Shown in pieces: positions 1 to 17,600 of a stretch of 64,000 bases of DNA (position 1 is its first letter; every line of letters starts with the position of its first letter). A program made the translations under genes and the position numbers. Below the pieces are notes generated by a model that had not been told where the DNA came from, did no database searches, and worked only from the letters and a program-made list of their open reading frames with translations. The stretch lies in the NCBI RefSeq assembly GCF_009914755.1, contig NC_060938.1. The stretch is one strand, 5' to 3'. This DNA is from the human T2T-CHM13v2.0 reference genome, Homo sapiens.

Positions 1-193
1 GAGTGCGATTATTACACCCATTTTGCCTACAAGGAAGCAGGCTGAGAGAAAAGTGTCTACACCCAGTAAGCACCAGGAATGTCTGAATCAAAGGCAGGGA
101 GAGGTGCCTGCCAAGCCCCGCACTTCCTTTCTCTCCCTTCCCCTAAGGCCTTTGGCTTAGATACGCTGATCCTTGAGAAATGCCTCCTCTCTC

Positions 194-300
194 TTCCTTC
201 CTTCCTTCCTTCCTTCCTTCCTTCCTTCCTTCCTTCCTTCCTTCCTTCCTTCCTTTCTTTTTTCTTTCTTTCTCTCGCTCTCTCTCTTCTTCTTTCTTTT
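194..300. repeat. (TTCC)n/(TC)n polypyrimidine microsatellite at an Alu tail
   Basis: About 15 TTCC units, directly visible. Confidence 0.95.
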
Positions 301-671
301 TTTTTCTGGAGTCTCGCTCTGTTTCCCAGGCGTGATCTTGGCTCACTGCAACCTCCACCTCCAGGGTTCCAGCAATTCTCTTGCCTCAGCCTCCTTAGTG
401 GCTGAGACTATAGGAGTGCGCCACCACGCCCAGCGAAGTTTTGTATTTTTAGTAGACATGGGGTTTCACCATGTTGGCTAGTATGGTCTTGATCTCTTGA
501 GCTTGTGATCCACCTGCCTCAGACTCCCAAAGTGCTGGAATTACAGACACGAGCCACCGCGCCCGGCCTATTCAGGAGCTTTTACCCCATAAATCTTCTT
601 ACACATAGAAAAATAAAAAGTTCTGTCCCTTGTTACAGGTATTTTATATTATCAGTGGCGCCAATAAGGTG

Positions 672-786
672 GGTGCATGTGTGTGCACACATGCGTGTAT
701 ATGGGTGTGTGTGCACACCTGCATGTATATGGGTGTGTGTGCACACATGCATGTATGTGTCTGTGTGTGTGCATACACATATGTGG
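672..786. repeat. Alternating purine-pyrimidine (TG/CA) low-complexity minisatellite
   Basis: Repeated GTGTGTGCACAC..TGCATGTATATGG units. Confidence 0.85.
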
Positions 787-1244
787 GGGTGGAGTAGGAA
801 TCAGGCAAATCAACCTCATAGACCTGTTCCCTGTTTCTGGGGTCATATATGGCTACAGTGACTATGTTTCTGAACCACAGGCCAGGCCACATGTCCTGGC
901 CATTGCAATGGTTGTTGAGGGGATATTACAACAGTGAAACTGATACCTGCCCATGAGATACAGAGGCTGTTGGCTAACAGTTCAGCAGATACACTGTAGT
1001 GTGCTTTGGAGACATTCTAAAGGCCTCTGAGAGAGACAATGTCTTGCCAAGAGTTGAGGCCTGAAACTTGACAGCTGCCCACAGCCCATTTAAGGGTTAG
1101 TGTTACTCGACACAATTTTAAAGACATTGTCATGGAGGATCTGATATTCTCAGAACATTCAAGAGAAATGTTATAGCCTAAAACCAGAGGGGAAATCTGA
1201 AACCATATCTTCTTTTAGGGGCTACTATAGAATTCATTAAATTA

Positions 1245-1655
<411 letters not shown>

Positions 1656-1923
1656 TTACCTCTGTTAAAAATACTCAGGCAGTAGAGATAGCAGCCAATT
1701 TTGGGTTTGCATGACATTAATTCAACAAGCATGTATTACTTCCTACCTATTAGCTCCCAGATACTTGGTACCACGCCCAAAGAAGACTGGGCCTGGGATT
1801 GCAGTGACAGTAGGGTGGCAGATGTGTGGGGGATAAGTATGATATGGTGTAGGGAGGGTTATAATACTGATGAGTGCAATGTGCTACAGAATCCAGAAGA
1901 TGAAGAATTCTTGGGAGGGGTGG

Positions 1924-3200
1924 TGGTATTAGTTTCCTACTACTATGTAATAAATTACTACAATTTAGCAGCTTAAAGCAACAACAATGTATTATCTCAC
2001 AGTTTCCATGTGTCAGGGGTACAGGTATGGCTGAACCAAGTCCTCTGCTCAGGGTCTCACAAGCTGACAATCAAGGTGTCTGCCGGGTTGCATTTCTTTC
2101 TGGAGGTTGAGGTCCTCTTCCAGGCTCACGTGAGTGTTGGCAGAATTTAGTTTCTTGCATCTGTATGATTGAGGCCTTTGTTGTCTTGGCAGCTGTCACC
2201 AGGGGCCACTCTTATCAACTAGAGGCTTCCCTCAAGTCTTTGTCACATGGCCCACTTCACAGATCCTCTCATAAGGTGGCAGCTTTCTTCTTCAAGACTA
2301 GCAGGAAATTCTCTTTGACTTCAGGGAGGATCCTAGTCCCTTTTTGTTTTCAGGGTTTTATTATTTATTTATTTTGAGATAGAGTTTTGCTCTTGTTGCC
2401 CAGGCTGGAGTGCAATGGTATGATCTTGGCTTGCTCCAATCTCTACCTCCTGGGTTCAAGTGATTCTCCCATGTCAGTCTCCTGAGTAGCTGAGATTACA
2501 GGCATGTACCACCATGCCCAGCTAATTTTGTATTTTTAGTAGAGATGGGGTTTTACCATGTTGGCCAGGCTGGTCTCAAACTCCTGACCTGAGGTGATCC
2601 ACCTGCCTCGGCCTCCCAAAGTGCTGGGATTACAGGCATGAGCCAGCGTGCCTGGCTATTTATTTATTTTTGAGACAGGGTTTCACTCTGTCACCCAGAC
2701 TGGAGTGCAGTGATGCGATCACAGCTCACTGCAGCCTCGAACTCCTGGGCTTAGGCCATCCTCCCGCTCAGCCTCCCAAGTAGCTGGGACTACAGGCATA
2801 TGCCACCATGCCTGGCTAATTAAAACAATTTTTTCTTTGTAGAGATGGGGGTCTTCCTATGCTGCCTCAGCTGTTCTACAACCCCTGGGCTCAAGAGGTC
2901 CTCTTGCCTCCCAAAGTGCTGGGTTATAGGCATAAGCCATCATGCCTGGCCCCTAGTCCCTTTTTGAAGGTCTCCCCTAATTAGGACAGACCTAGCCAGA
3001 CTAAACTCCCTTTTGATTAACCCAAAATCAGCTGATTAGGGACCTTAATTACATCTGCAAAATCCTTTTTACCATAATCAAGAGAGTGACATCCCATCAT
3101 ATTCACAAATGCTGCCAACACTCAAGGAGAGGGGATTATGTAAGATGTGTATACCAGGAGACAGAAATCTTGGAGGCCATCTTAGAATTCTGCATACCAT
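1924..3200. mobile_element. MLT1-family (ERVL-MaLR) solo LTR split by two tandem Alus (2358-2951, minus)
   Basis: Hallmarks AGCAGCTTAAAGCAACA..TTATCTCACAGTTTC, CAATCAAGGTGTC, GGCCATCTTAGAATTCTGC. Duplication CTAGTCCCTTTTT flanks the Alus. Confidence 0.75.
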
Positions 3201-3346
3201 GTGCGAGACGGGGAGAGGGAAGGGAAGGGGAAAGTGCCAGGGTGGGTAACCTTTGAGCTGAGTACTGAAGAATGAATTTAAGTTCTCTAGGCTGCCAAGA
3301 AGGGAGACAAGTGGGTAGGAGAAAGGGCAGAGAGGAAAGAACATTA

Positions 3347-3697
<351 letters not shown>

Positions 3698-4442
3698 TCA
3701 TGAACAAAGGGCATGAAGAAACCTGTTCAGTAGCAGCGGGGCTGTTCAGTGGGGCCAATGTTCAGTGGGGATAGTGAGACCAGAGGTTGAAAGCCGGTAG
3801 AGAGTACAGAAAAGGTGGACAGAATACTAAGACAAAGTACCGTGTACTTTCAATAAGCTCTTGGTCTCAACTCTTGGTGACTGTACAAGGTAGGCCAAAG
3901 ACAAAAACTGTCCAACGACAGAAATTTCACTTTGAAGTTCCCTCCACTCCATTTCTCCACCCCCTTCCTTCCTATCTCCTTTAGCAAAGTCCTTTCCTCA
4001 GAGATCTCCCCCACCCCACCCGCCACAGCCCCACAGCCCTGTCGGTCTAGCAGGGTGAGTAGCCGCACTGTCTCTGAACCCTTATGCCTGGACTTTGAAG
4101 GGGGAACAGATTCTTGCTTACTGAGTCAGCCTCGGCTGCTTCCTTTTTGTGCTTGAAGAAGCCAAAGAGTGAGCAGATTGGAGAGGACTAAAAGAAGCCA
4201 GAGATGCTGGTCAATTGACACAAAAATAAAGAGCTAAGGGAGAGGTTGAGAGAGGGAGAGCAATATCTATGGGTGTCTGGAATTTTTAAAGGGCTCAGAG
4301 GAGGAGGGGGCCGGGCGTGGTGGCTCACGCCTGTTATCCGAGCACTTTGGGAGGCCAAGGTGGGCAAATCACGAGGTCAGGAGTTTGAGAGCAGCCTGAC
4401 CAACATGGTGCAACCCCGTCTCTACTAAAAATACAAAATTTA

Positions 4443-4866
<424 letters not shown>

Positions 4867-4926
4867 TCAATATTTAAATAAAAATGGGAATTATTTTAAA
4901 AATTATTTTATTTTATTTTATTTTGA

Positions 4927-5160
<234 letters not shown>

Positions 5161-5663
5161 TGAACTCCCAAAATGCTGGGATTACAAGTGTGAGCTACCA
5201 CACCCGGCCATTAAAAATTAGATTATTGTGTGTGTGTGTGTGTGCTCTCGCATGCGTGTGTATATTGTTTTGTTTTGTGAAAATGATACTGCACAGATCC
5301 TGGGCTATATGGGAATCCAGGATTTATTTGGGTTACCTTAAAAGGAAAAGGATAAATTATGGATACCTCCATGTGAAATAGTTGAATATATTACCACTCA
5401 CTAAGGTGTTTTTTTTCTTCTTAAATTTTTTTATTTTTTATTTATTTTTTTTGAGATGGAGGCTTGCACTGTCACCAGGCTGCAGTGCAGTGGCGCGATC
5501 TCGGCTCACTGCAACCTCTGACTCTCTGGATCAAGTGATTTTCCTGCCTCAGCCTCTGGAGTAGCTGAGATTACAGGCGTGTGCCACCATGCCTGGCTAA
5601 TTTTTGTATCTTTAGTAGAGATAGGGTTTCATCATGTTGGCCAGGCTGATCTCGATCTCCTGA

Positions 5664-5956
<293 letters not shown>

Positions 5957-6839
5957 TAGCTCACTGTAACCTTGAACTCTTGGGCTCAAGCAATCCTCCC
6001 ACCTCAGTCTCCCAAATAGCTAGGACTATATGCACGCGCCACCATGGCCAGCTTCTAAAGTATTTACTTAAAAGGGAAGTCCAAGAACATAAACTTCCCA
6101 AAATTAATGTATAATAGTAGAATTTCAGAGGTCATAGTGTGGGATGACGGCTCTTTCCTAAAAACAAAACAAAACACAATCTTGTCTCATTCCATCTAGT
6201 TTGTACCTATTTATCTGGTCTCTGGTTCCTGGGGTCAGCCATGCTTCCTCCCTTGAAATTTGTATCATATCTGGTACAAAATGACTAACCTTTAACTGTG
6301 CATCTTTTGGGGGAAAAAATCATTCTGCCCTGTTTTCCCTCAAGCAGAAAAAGAACAAATCACCTGCTGCCTCGGCAGGACAGGATTTCTGCCAATCCCA
6401 CCTGTAAGCAGCGTTCATGGCTTCCAGACAAAGTGGGGGCCCGGGGCCTGCAGAACAGTCGGCCACATTCACCAGCCTGTCTCTCCTCTGGACCTCTTGG
6501 CACAAGCTTTTACTCTCCAGACTGTGTGTGTTTGGTTGAATTGAAATAAACACAGCAGGATTTTGTTTTAGTTTGTTGTTTGTTTTGCAGAACGAGGTCT
6601 TAGAGGAAGGACTTCCCAGCCAAACTTGACCCCACACAGGCCAGAGAGAAGCGGTAGGGAGGGCGGCGAGAAGGAACTATGAAGTAAAATGGGGACTGGT
6701 GTGGGGACTGACTTCCTCCCCCAAAAACCTGGAACATTCTTCTCAAAGCCCCATGCCGCCAAACTTCCCAGCCATTCCCTTGAAATGTTCTCAGAGCAGG
6801 GCTCCACATGGCCCACATGTACACCCGTGCGCGTGTGTA

Positions 6840-6874
<35 letters not shown>
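6840..6874. repeat. (CA)~17 microsatellite
   Basis: Directly visible. Confidence 0.95.
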
Positions 6875-6878
<4 letters not shown>

Positions 6879-7233
6879 TCTGTCTGGTAACAGATTGGGT
6901 CTGAAAAATCTGGCAGTCTGCGTGGCCGATGGCAGAGTGTCGAGCCTGTTCTCACTGTCTCCCTGGAGTCCCTGTGCAGACGCAGGTGCACGTCAGCGCC
7001 TGCTCTAATTTTATCCCTGGTTGATGGAGGAGACTAACTGAGCAGCAGGGAGGCTGCTATTTTGGGTCTCTCCATGGCTCTGGGTTATATAAAGCCTATT
7101 GCTGTGACCTGCATTGCTTTGAGGCTGTGCCTCACTGTCTTGCGTCCTCTGTCACAATATGTCATCAGTTCAGACATTCACACACACACACCCCCGGGTC
7201 TCTGGAAAATGAGAAAGGAGGTGTGTGCTGGAG

Positions 7234-7235
<2 letters not shown>

Positions 7236-7277
<42 letters not shown>
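7236..7277. repeat. (TG)~20 microsatellite
   Basis: Directly visible. Confidence 0.95.
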
Positions 7278-7278
<1 letters not shown>

Positions 7279-9687
7279 CCTGCCAGCTCCCTGAGGAATG
7301 AGGCCTACGTATGCTACTGGGAGGGATATTGTACGTGAAGGAGGTCTGTTCTTGAAGGAAATGGAAAGATCTTTCTGATGGAGGCACGTGAGGGTATGTG
7401 CTTTGGGCTTTAGCACAGAATGTGTTTGTAAGCTGAGGTTGTGGGTCTGCTGTTGGCATGGCAATAAGAATAACTTCTATTTCAGTAACTCTTTTCATTT
7501 GATGGAACCCAGGGGTTGCATAAATTACAAACGGCTCTGCCTTTGAACGACAGGAATTTTTCATCTGGAATTAGGAGTAGCAGCTACATGAACAAATGTG
7601 AGAGTGAGAATTTAGAGATGGGCTGATGACAGAAGATGGCATTTCCTACATCACTGAGGAAAATTTTCACCTGGAAATGTTGCCTTTCTGATTAAAAAAA
7701 CAAAACAAAACAAAACTTGTTTCCTGCTATTGTGATTATCGTGTATTGTGTTAAGATATGTGTTTTCTGACCAGGCATGGTTACCCACACCTGTAATCCC
7801 AGCATGTTGGGAACCTGAGGTAGGAGAATTGCATGAGCCCAGGAGTTTGACACCAGCCTGGGCAACATAGTGAGACCCCTGTCTCTTAAAAAAAAAAAGA
7901 TATGTGTTTTCTATAGTTAATCATATATGATATCTAAATTATCTTTGTATCTCCCCATATTGAGTGTGAGTATTTAAGGTATAAATTTTGATAGGTGAAC
8001 ATACAACAGAATCCTAATATAACACAGCTCATTATTGTATGAATTTGAAAGTACTAGGTTTCTCAAAATATAAATTATTCACAGGGAACAAGCCTAACAT
8101 ATCTCAGTGAGCTTATCAGACAGATATTCATCCTGTCCCCCCAATACCAGCAGGGAAGACATGTTCCGTACTTGTTGAGCTACGTGTCTCCCAGGTATAA
8201 TCTCCCAGGGTATATTCTGGCTAACATGATGGAGCCCATAAGGCATCACCATGGGAATGAGGACTTGGCATGGACACCTCTTGGCTCGTGGAGACTGCCA
8301 GAATGTGAGGCCTGCGGCTGGGGCTCATCTTGCTGATTTGGGCTTCCCGTCACTGGCAGCTCCCACAGCAGGTGGCGTTCCCATAACTAGCAACTTCACT
8401 GAGCCACTATTTCTTAGCTGTTCTTTGAAAGACGTTGAAGACCCCTCTCTTCCACTGGCCAAAGCACTTCTAAGGGATTTTGGAGAGAAAAACTTGGGAG
8501 CTTTCCATGAAGAAAACAGAAGAATCTGGCAGCCGTTTCCATAGGGCTGAACAGGCACCTTAGAGAATTCCAGTGAAGAGGGCAGCTAAGGGAAGAAGGA
8601 AACAGAAACGGACTAGAATCAAAGTCAGGGCTCCTAGGGGCTGGATGGGGAAATGAAGCTAGGAATGGGGAAGGTATAGATGAATCACTGCGTCGCTTAT
8701 TAATAATTAATTTAGGCAGAATCTTGCTACTCATGTCCTCCCCCCACCATGGCTGGGGGCAGGAGCTCACCATTCTGGCTCTTTAGTGGTCTGCTTGTTG
8801 CCTTCCAATGCCACTCCATCATGCTGTCTGTGTCCTTTCTAAAACACAAATCCTGTGATCCCACTGGGTAAGCCTGTTCCATGGCCCTTCATTTCTCTCT
8901 CTGGAGAAAACCTAAATGTTTTACCAGGTAGACAAGGCCCTCTGCAACCTGGGACCTGCTTATTTCTCTGGCTCAGCTCAAACTGCAATCCTCTCAACCC
9001 TTCACACCAGCCCTCTCCTCCTTCCACTCCTTGGCACATTTTTTTTTTTTTTTGGATACAATGTCTCACTCTGTCACCCAGGCTGGGATGCAGTGCGTGA
9101 TCTCGACTCACTGTAGCCTCGACTTCCGGGGTTCAAGGGATCCTCCCATCCTCCCACTTTAGCTTCCCCAGTAGCTGGGACCACAGGCATGTGCCACCAC
9201 GCCTGGCTAATTTTTCCACTTTTTTTTTTTTGTAGAGATGGGGTTTTGCCATATTGCCCAGGCAGGTCTTTAACTCCTGGGCTCAAGTGATCCATGCGTC
9301 TCACCCTCCCAAATTGCTGGGATTATGGGCATGAGCTACGGTATCCTGTCCTTGGCACCTTAAAGCTAAATGTGCTGAACTCTCCCATCCTCTGTGTGTT
9401 AGCATGCACCATTCCATCTGCCTAGAATGCCCTTCCTGTCACTTTTTTTCCCCTGAAAAATTCCAAAGCTTCTTTCAGGCCTCAACTCAAGCAGGATGTG
9501 TTAACTCCTCCACACCTGGATCAGGTCCCTTTCTACTCCATCTTTGCTCACCCTTGCTGCAGTGCTTGAATGCTCTGCAATCTTTCCTGGGGTTCTACAA
9601 GACAAGACTGCATTTCATTTTTTTTTTTTGTATTTTTAGTAGAGATGGGGTTTTGTCATGTTGGCCAGGCTGGTCTCAAACTCCTGA

Positions 9688-9798
<111 letters not shown>

Positions 9799-10729
9799 TA
9801 AGTTTTTGCCGAATGAATGAATAGGGGAAGAAGCCACATTTTTGAACTAAAGCTTTCTCAAATGTTGTGAGGGATAGGGTTTGTGGGAAATGACAGTGAC
9901 ATTGAAGAGGAAAGGCCAGGTCCTGGGAAGTCTGACCATGAGTAAAACCAGTGGGCCTGCAGTTGTCTGTCTCCAAAGCCTCAAACAGAAGGGCAGAGAA
10001 TAGACCTGGCCTGTCCTGCCCACAGTTGTATCATGCAGGTAGCACTGTTGAGGATGGAACCATTAGTATGGTACCCATCTCACCATGGTGATCAGCCACC
10101 ATGGATCAGCATCTTTCCAGCGGTTTTCCCACCATCTATGGCGGGGCCTGCCTTTTCTGCACTCCCATGCCACCACGCATCTGTGGGATAAGAGTAGAGA
10201 ATTTTTATATGGACCTCCGTGTCCTTCCTGGAAGACAACATGCCTCCATCTATGTCTCCCGCTTGGTCAAGAAACTGCCAAGAAACTGCCAAGCCAGCTG
10301 TGATTCTACGAAGACCATCAGAACCTTGCAGCTCCATCCCACGGGCGGGTTGCCCTCTCTGCCCAGGCCACACCCTGGGTGAGGCTGGCCTTAGGGATCT
10401 GGGCACAGGAGAGGATTCAACAGGCTGAATGCCTAATACTTGACTGAATTAAACCGAGCCACCTTGGGTCAGGGAATTCAGCTCAGCAATTCTGGTGGTA
10501 GCTGACATCAGTATCTTTGAGGAAGTGGAGATAGGATTAAAAGAGACCTCATGCTATAAATCAGGTTCAAATGCATGGAGAGAGACTAATTAAATCCCTG
10601 ATACTGCCTATATACACAAAGCAATTTTTTACAAGACAGTTAATCACCACTTAATTCATCTGTTTTAATATTTACATCTTCATTTATTAGGCTTTATTAA
10701 AGTAGGACCTAGCTTTCCTTTTTTTTTGA

Positions 10730-10888
<159 letters not shown>

Positions 10889-11102
10889 TAGTAGAGACGG
10901 GGTTTCACTGTGTTAGCCAGGATGGTCTCAATCTCCTGGCCTCGTGATCCACCTGCCTTGGCCTCCCAAAGTGCTGGGATTACAGGCGTGAACCACCGCG
11001 CGTCGTCGGACCTAGCTTTTCTATACTCTGAAGGCATCACTGCCCAAAATATTTTCATTTAATACTGTGTCAAAAACTGCCTACTTATCTTCCAAAGACA
11101 GA

Positions 11103-11104
<2 letters not shown>

Positions 11105-11133
<29 letters not shown>
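11105..11133. repeat. (TG)~14 microsatellite
   Basis: Directly visible. Confidence 0.95.
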
Positions 11134-11135
<2 letters not shown>

Positions 11136-11412
11136 ATGGACTGTTGTCCTAAGTCCTTTGTCTCCTCTTCTCAGAGTCTGCCCCATGATAACAGAATAAT
11201 AATGATGTTATTCCAGAATAAACTTGCAATGTGGGGGCTCCGAGTGGTGGCTCATACCTGTAATCCCAGCACTTTGGGAGGCCGAAGTGGGTGGATCACA
11301 CTTGAGGCTGGGAGTTCCAGACCAGCCTGGCAAACATGGTGAAACCCTGTCTCTACTAATGGTACAAAAACAAAAATTAGCCAGGCATTGTGGTGCATGC
11401 TTGTAATCCTTA

Positions 11413-11907
<495 letters not shown>

Positions 11908-12449
11908 TTAGACAGTGCCTTCTTAGGCTCATGAATCCTGACAGATAGCCCGCTGTGACAGAGAGGGAGATGGAGAAAGCCTGTGTGAACAGGAGCCTGC
12001 GGGACTAGAGAGGAAAGGAAGATGGCTGTTGGCACACTTGCAATTTTAGAACAGCTGCAGTGGTTACAGTAGCTCCCCCTGAATGCGATGACGCTGGGCC
12101 ACTTAGGGGAAAGGGAGAGAAGATTCTGCAGCCAATGACACGGAGGAGGGAGCACTCGCTATACTCAGTGGGTGGGTATTAAAGGGATTATGTGTATTAG
12201 GCAGTATTACCAGAAAGGCATGTGCTTTAACTGCCAAGAAACTAATAATGAATTGGAACGCCTTCCAGGGATGAGAACAAGTTAAAACAATATATTCTGT
12301 GCTCAACATGTACAATATTTCAAAATCAGTAGCACATTTGGCTTTACGGGACATGATGAGGGAGAAATTACAGAAGATCTCATATCATCATTTAATTTGG
12401 TCTCTTTTTAAAAGTCACATAACAGGACTCTCCATAGTAAAGGTACTAG

Positions 12450-13642
<1,193 letters not shown>

Positions 13643-14687
13643 TGATGGTATGCAAGATATTTGTTTTACTTCAATGCGTAAGAATGAGAAACTGTGGAAA
13701 TCCTGTTTGAACATCAGCATGACGTCATTAATAATAAATGCTCATGAATCCAGGTCAGTTGTGTTCACCTTTAGGGCTTAGGAACCTCTCCACAGAGGAC
13801 CCAGCATGAGTCTCATTTCTTGATGCCCTGCACCAAAGTGATTTTCAACAAGTAGTCTCTTTATCTATTCACTCAATAAATGTTTCTTGAGCACTCTCTC
13901 TGTGCCAACCATGCCAAACACACTGTACTAGGCTCTGGAAATATACTTGGGTCTAAGGCATAGTCTCTGCCCTCAAAGGGCATGTAACACATGGACATCT
14001 CTCAACCAATGACCAATAGGTTAAAAGCTCAATATCCTAAGGCTGATGCCCACCTCTTTTCCATTTGTCACCTGCTTCAGACATGAGGGTTATTACTATT
14101 TGCTGGAGGCCTAGGGAAGCTCAACTCCGAAATGAATGGGCTGCCATCCTGAAAGTCATCTGTATCCAGGAAAGTTTTCCTAGCCAAGAGCTCCACGTTC
14201 TTAACGGGAAAGTGACATTGAGTGGTGTCAAAGATGATAGTCAGTTAAAATAGATGATTATGAACAGAATGTGTAACATGAACTCACTGTGGTTTAAATA
14301 TGTGTATGTGTATATTTATGACTAAACATCTAATTGTAGGCAGTGTAGTGGTTCTAGAGTCAGATTATTTGGATTTTATTAGCTTTGCAACTTTAACATT
14401 TCTATCCCACACATTCAGTGTGAAAACACATGTAAAGTACTTACAGTGATGCCTGGAACACAGTAAGCCCTTTATAAACATTAGTGATTATTCTCATCAA
14501 TATTATTACTCCCCAAAGCTACCTCTAAAAAGTGGCTCCAGGGATGAAGGTGGAGAAGACTTTACCTTTTTATTAGTGTTACTTACTTCTTGATTATTGG
14601 AATTTTAAAAACATGTATTACTTTTATAATTAAAAAACAACAAACCTTGAGTAGGAGTATCCAGTGCAGAAAAATAAAAACAAACTA

Positions 14688-14857
<170 letters not shown>

Positions 14858-15001
14858 CTAACCCTTTATTTTGGCTATCTGGAGGCTCCTATTGAAACAT
14901 AATGAATCACCTGAAAGGTACATAAAAAGAGTACCCCTCGGCCAGATGCAGTGGCTCACGCCTGTAATCCCAGCACTTTGGGAGGCCGAGGCAGCGGATC
15001 A

Positions 15002-15289
<288 letters not shown>

Positions 15290-16280
15290 TCAGGTAGGAA
15301 ACCTAAAAACATTCTGGTCTAGTTTCTCTAGGGAGCTGCTTGTAGAATTAAAAAGTACAAGGTAGGCTGCATCAGGCAAGGCTTCATCTAGGGCTCCAGG
15401 ACCCCATCTCTGTTTATCTTTAAGTAGGGCTATCCTTCACTGCCAGTGCAATTCTCAGGCTCTTCATGCAAGGTGGCGGACAGCAACTCTAGGTCTGTAT
15501 GTGCTCAGGTTCAAGTCTAGTGGAAAACAGCACATGCTTGTCTCTGGGCAATCCCGGCAAAGGTCTCATTGTGTTTCACGGGGGTAATGTGCCCACCTCT
15601 GAACCAATCACTACAGCAGAGGAATTGAGCAGTGCTCTGATTGGCCAGGCCATCTATGGAGGGAGAGGTAGAGTCAACTGCGCTTAATGCACAGAGATTA
15701 GGATTGGGGAAGGGTAATTTCCTAGAGGAAAATGGGAATCCAGTTGCCAGAAGAAGCCTGAATGAGTGCTGGGTGGCAAAGCAAGAGTTCCAAACACATC
15801 AACGAAGGAAAATGTGCAGTTTCGGGGGTGACCTGATGGTGCTATTATCTCCTCAATTGATTTGCTTTTCCAAAGCTTCCTTGTAGATACGTCTCACATA
15901 CAGACCTAACCTGGGGTGGAGCAAAGAAATGGCAAACTTTCCTTATGCCTAGGCTAGGCATCTGTCCATCTCTGGGGTCATCAGGACTAGTGACTTGGAA
16001 TCAGGAGACTCAGGCAGGGAAGAGAAGGTGAAAGCAAAAGATTGAATATACAGAAGGCCAGGCTTAAGGTGTCAGGAAACTATACCTGTCTCCTGGGAGT
16101 GGCAGATTTGTGAATGCCTCTCAGATACACAAGACTTAAGCCTGGAATCTCAATGCCCTGGGGGCAGGCAGGTGAAGCAAATGAGTGCAGAGGGCTGCTG
16201 CACCAAACCCAAGACACGTGCCCACCTAACAGTGGCGTCTATAACCCACTATCACTATTTTTCCCCAGGAGAGTCTGTAA

Positions 16281-16621
<341 letters not shown>

Positions 16622-17419
16622 TGACTTAACATGCCTGGCTTCTCTGTTTTTAAATGTTGACAACTGAAGCAAATGTTAAAATACACTATGTTGTCAGGCT
16701 CGGTGGCTCGTGCCTGTAGTCCCAGCAACTCAGGAAGCTGAGGTGGGAGGATCACTTGAGTCTGGGAGCTCGAGGCTGCAGTGAGCCACGGTCCCACCAC
16801 TGCACGGACCTCCCCAACCCCCAAGTTTGTGACATCTGATAGAGCCATATAGCCACAGAGCAAATGGAAGACCCTTCTCGATTAGTACAATATTAAATCT
16901 GTGTGCTAATCTATGCCCAAATCAACAATTACCCAATGACAGCCCACTGCCCAAAGTTCAGCCCTTTCATCTACCTTATCTAACTAAAAGCTGAAAAATA
17001 CCACGTGGGCCATGAAAGGTGAGGGAACATCACTGTGAGAACTGTACTTCCATTTCCTGGCGGGGGTGTGGTTAAATTCACAACTTTGGTGTGATACTAA
17101 CCGTCGGAGGGTTTTACATTCGATTTCCTGTTTCCTTTTCTTAATAAAGAAAGGAAAAGTGGGCCCCCGCAGCAACGGTAAGCTGAGTTCCATAGGAAGA
17201 CACCACGGGGGTTCCAACTTGGCCACAAGCAAAAACAAAACGTAACCCTGAAACCTGGTAAATAGCAATATGCAGAAAACTGTGGGCCATGTGGTTGCTT
17301 AGGGGTGTTTTGATCATCTTGTGCAGCAATTTTCCACCTTAAAGTCATCAGACTAGTGGCTATGTCCTTTATTTTCGAGTTGCTGGAACCATTTCCCACG
17401 AAAGATTTAGAATATAATA

Positions 17420-17600
17420 ACGGTGATAATAACTATGGTAGTTCTCATGTGCCAGGGACAGTGAGAGGTGCCTCACATGCCTCTAATTCTGGGGTAAACG
17501 CTCCAAGAATGATTCCCATTTTACAGATGAGGAAACTGAGGTTTGGAGGAGTTAAGATAATTTGTCCAAGTTACTTTAACTGACGGAGATGGGGTTTCAT
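17420..17600 (-). mobile_element. MIR
   Basis: CCCATTTTACAGATGAGGAAACTGAGG core. Confidence 0.8.

Larger units (their letters stand above)
6300..7700. promoter_or_regulatory. Putative distal FOS enhancer (~-41 kb)
   Basis: Alu-free with locally retained CpGs. CRE half-site GCACGTCA 6988, MEF2/TATA-like TTATATAAAG 7085, TACGTG and CACGTG boxes near 7.33-7.39 kb, RFX-like GTTGGCATGGCAAT 7452, C/EBP TTGCATAA 7516. Confidence 0.55.

Noticed and set aside
10125-10150. CTCF-like CCCCACCATCTATGGCGGGG palindrome
   Set aside because: Spacing does not fit the CTCF core.
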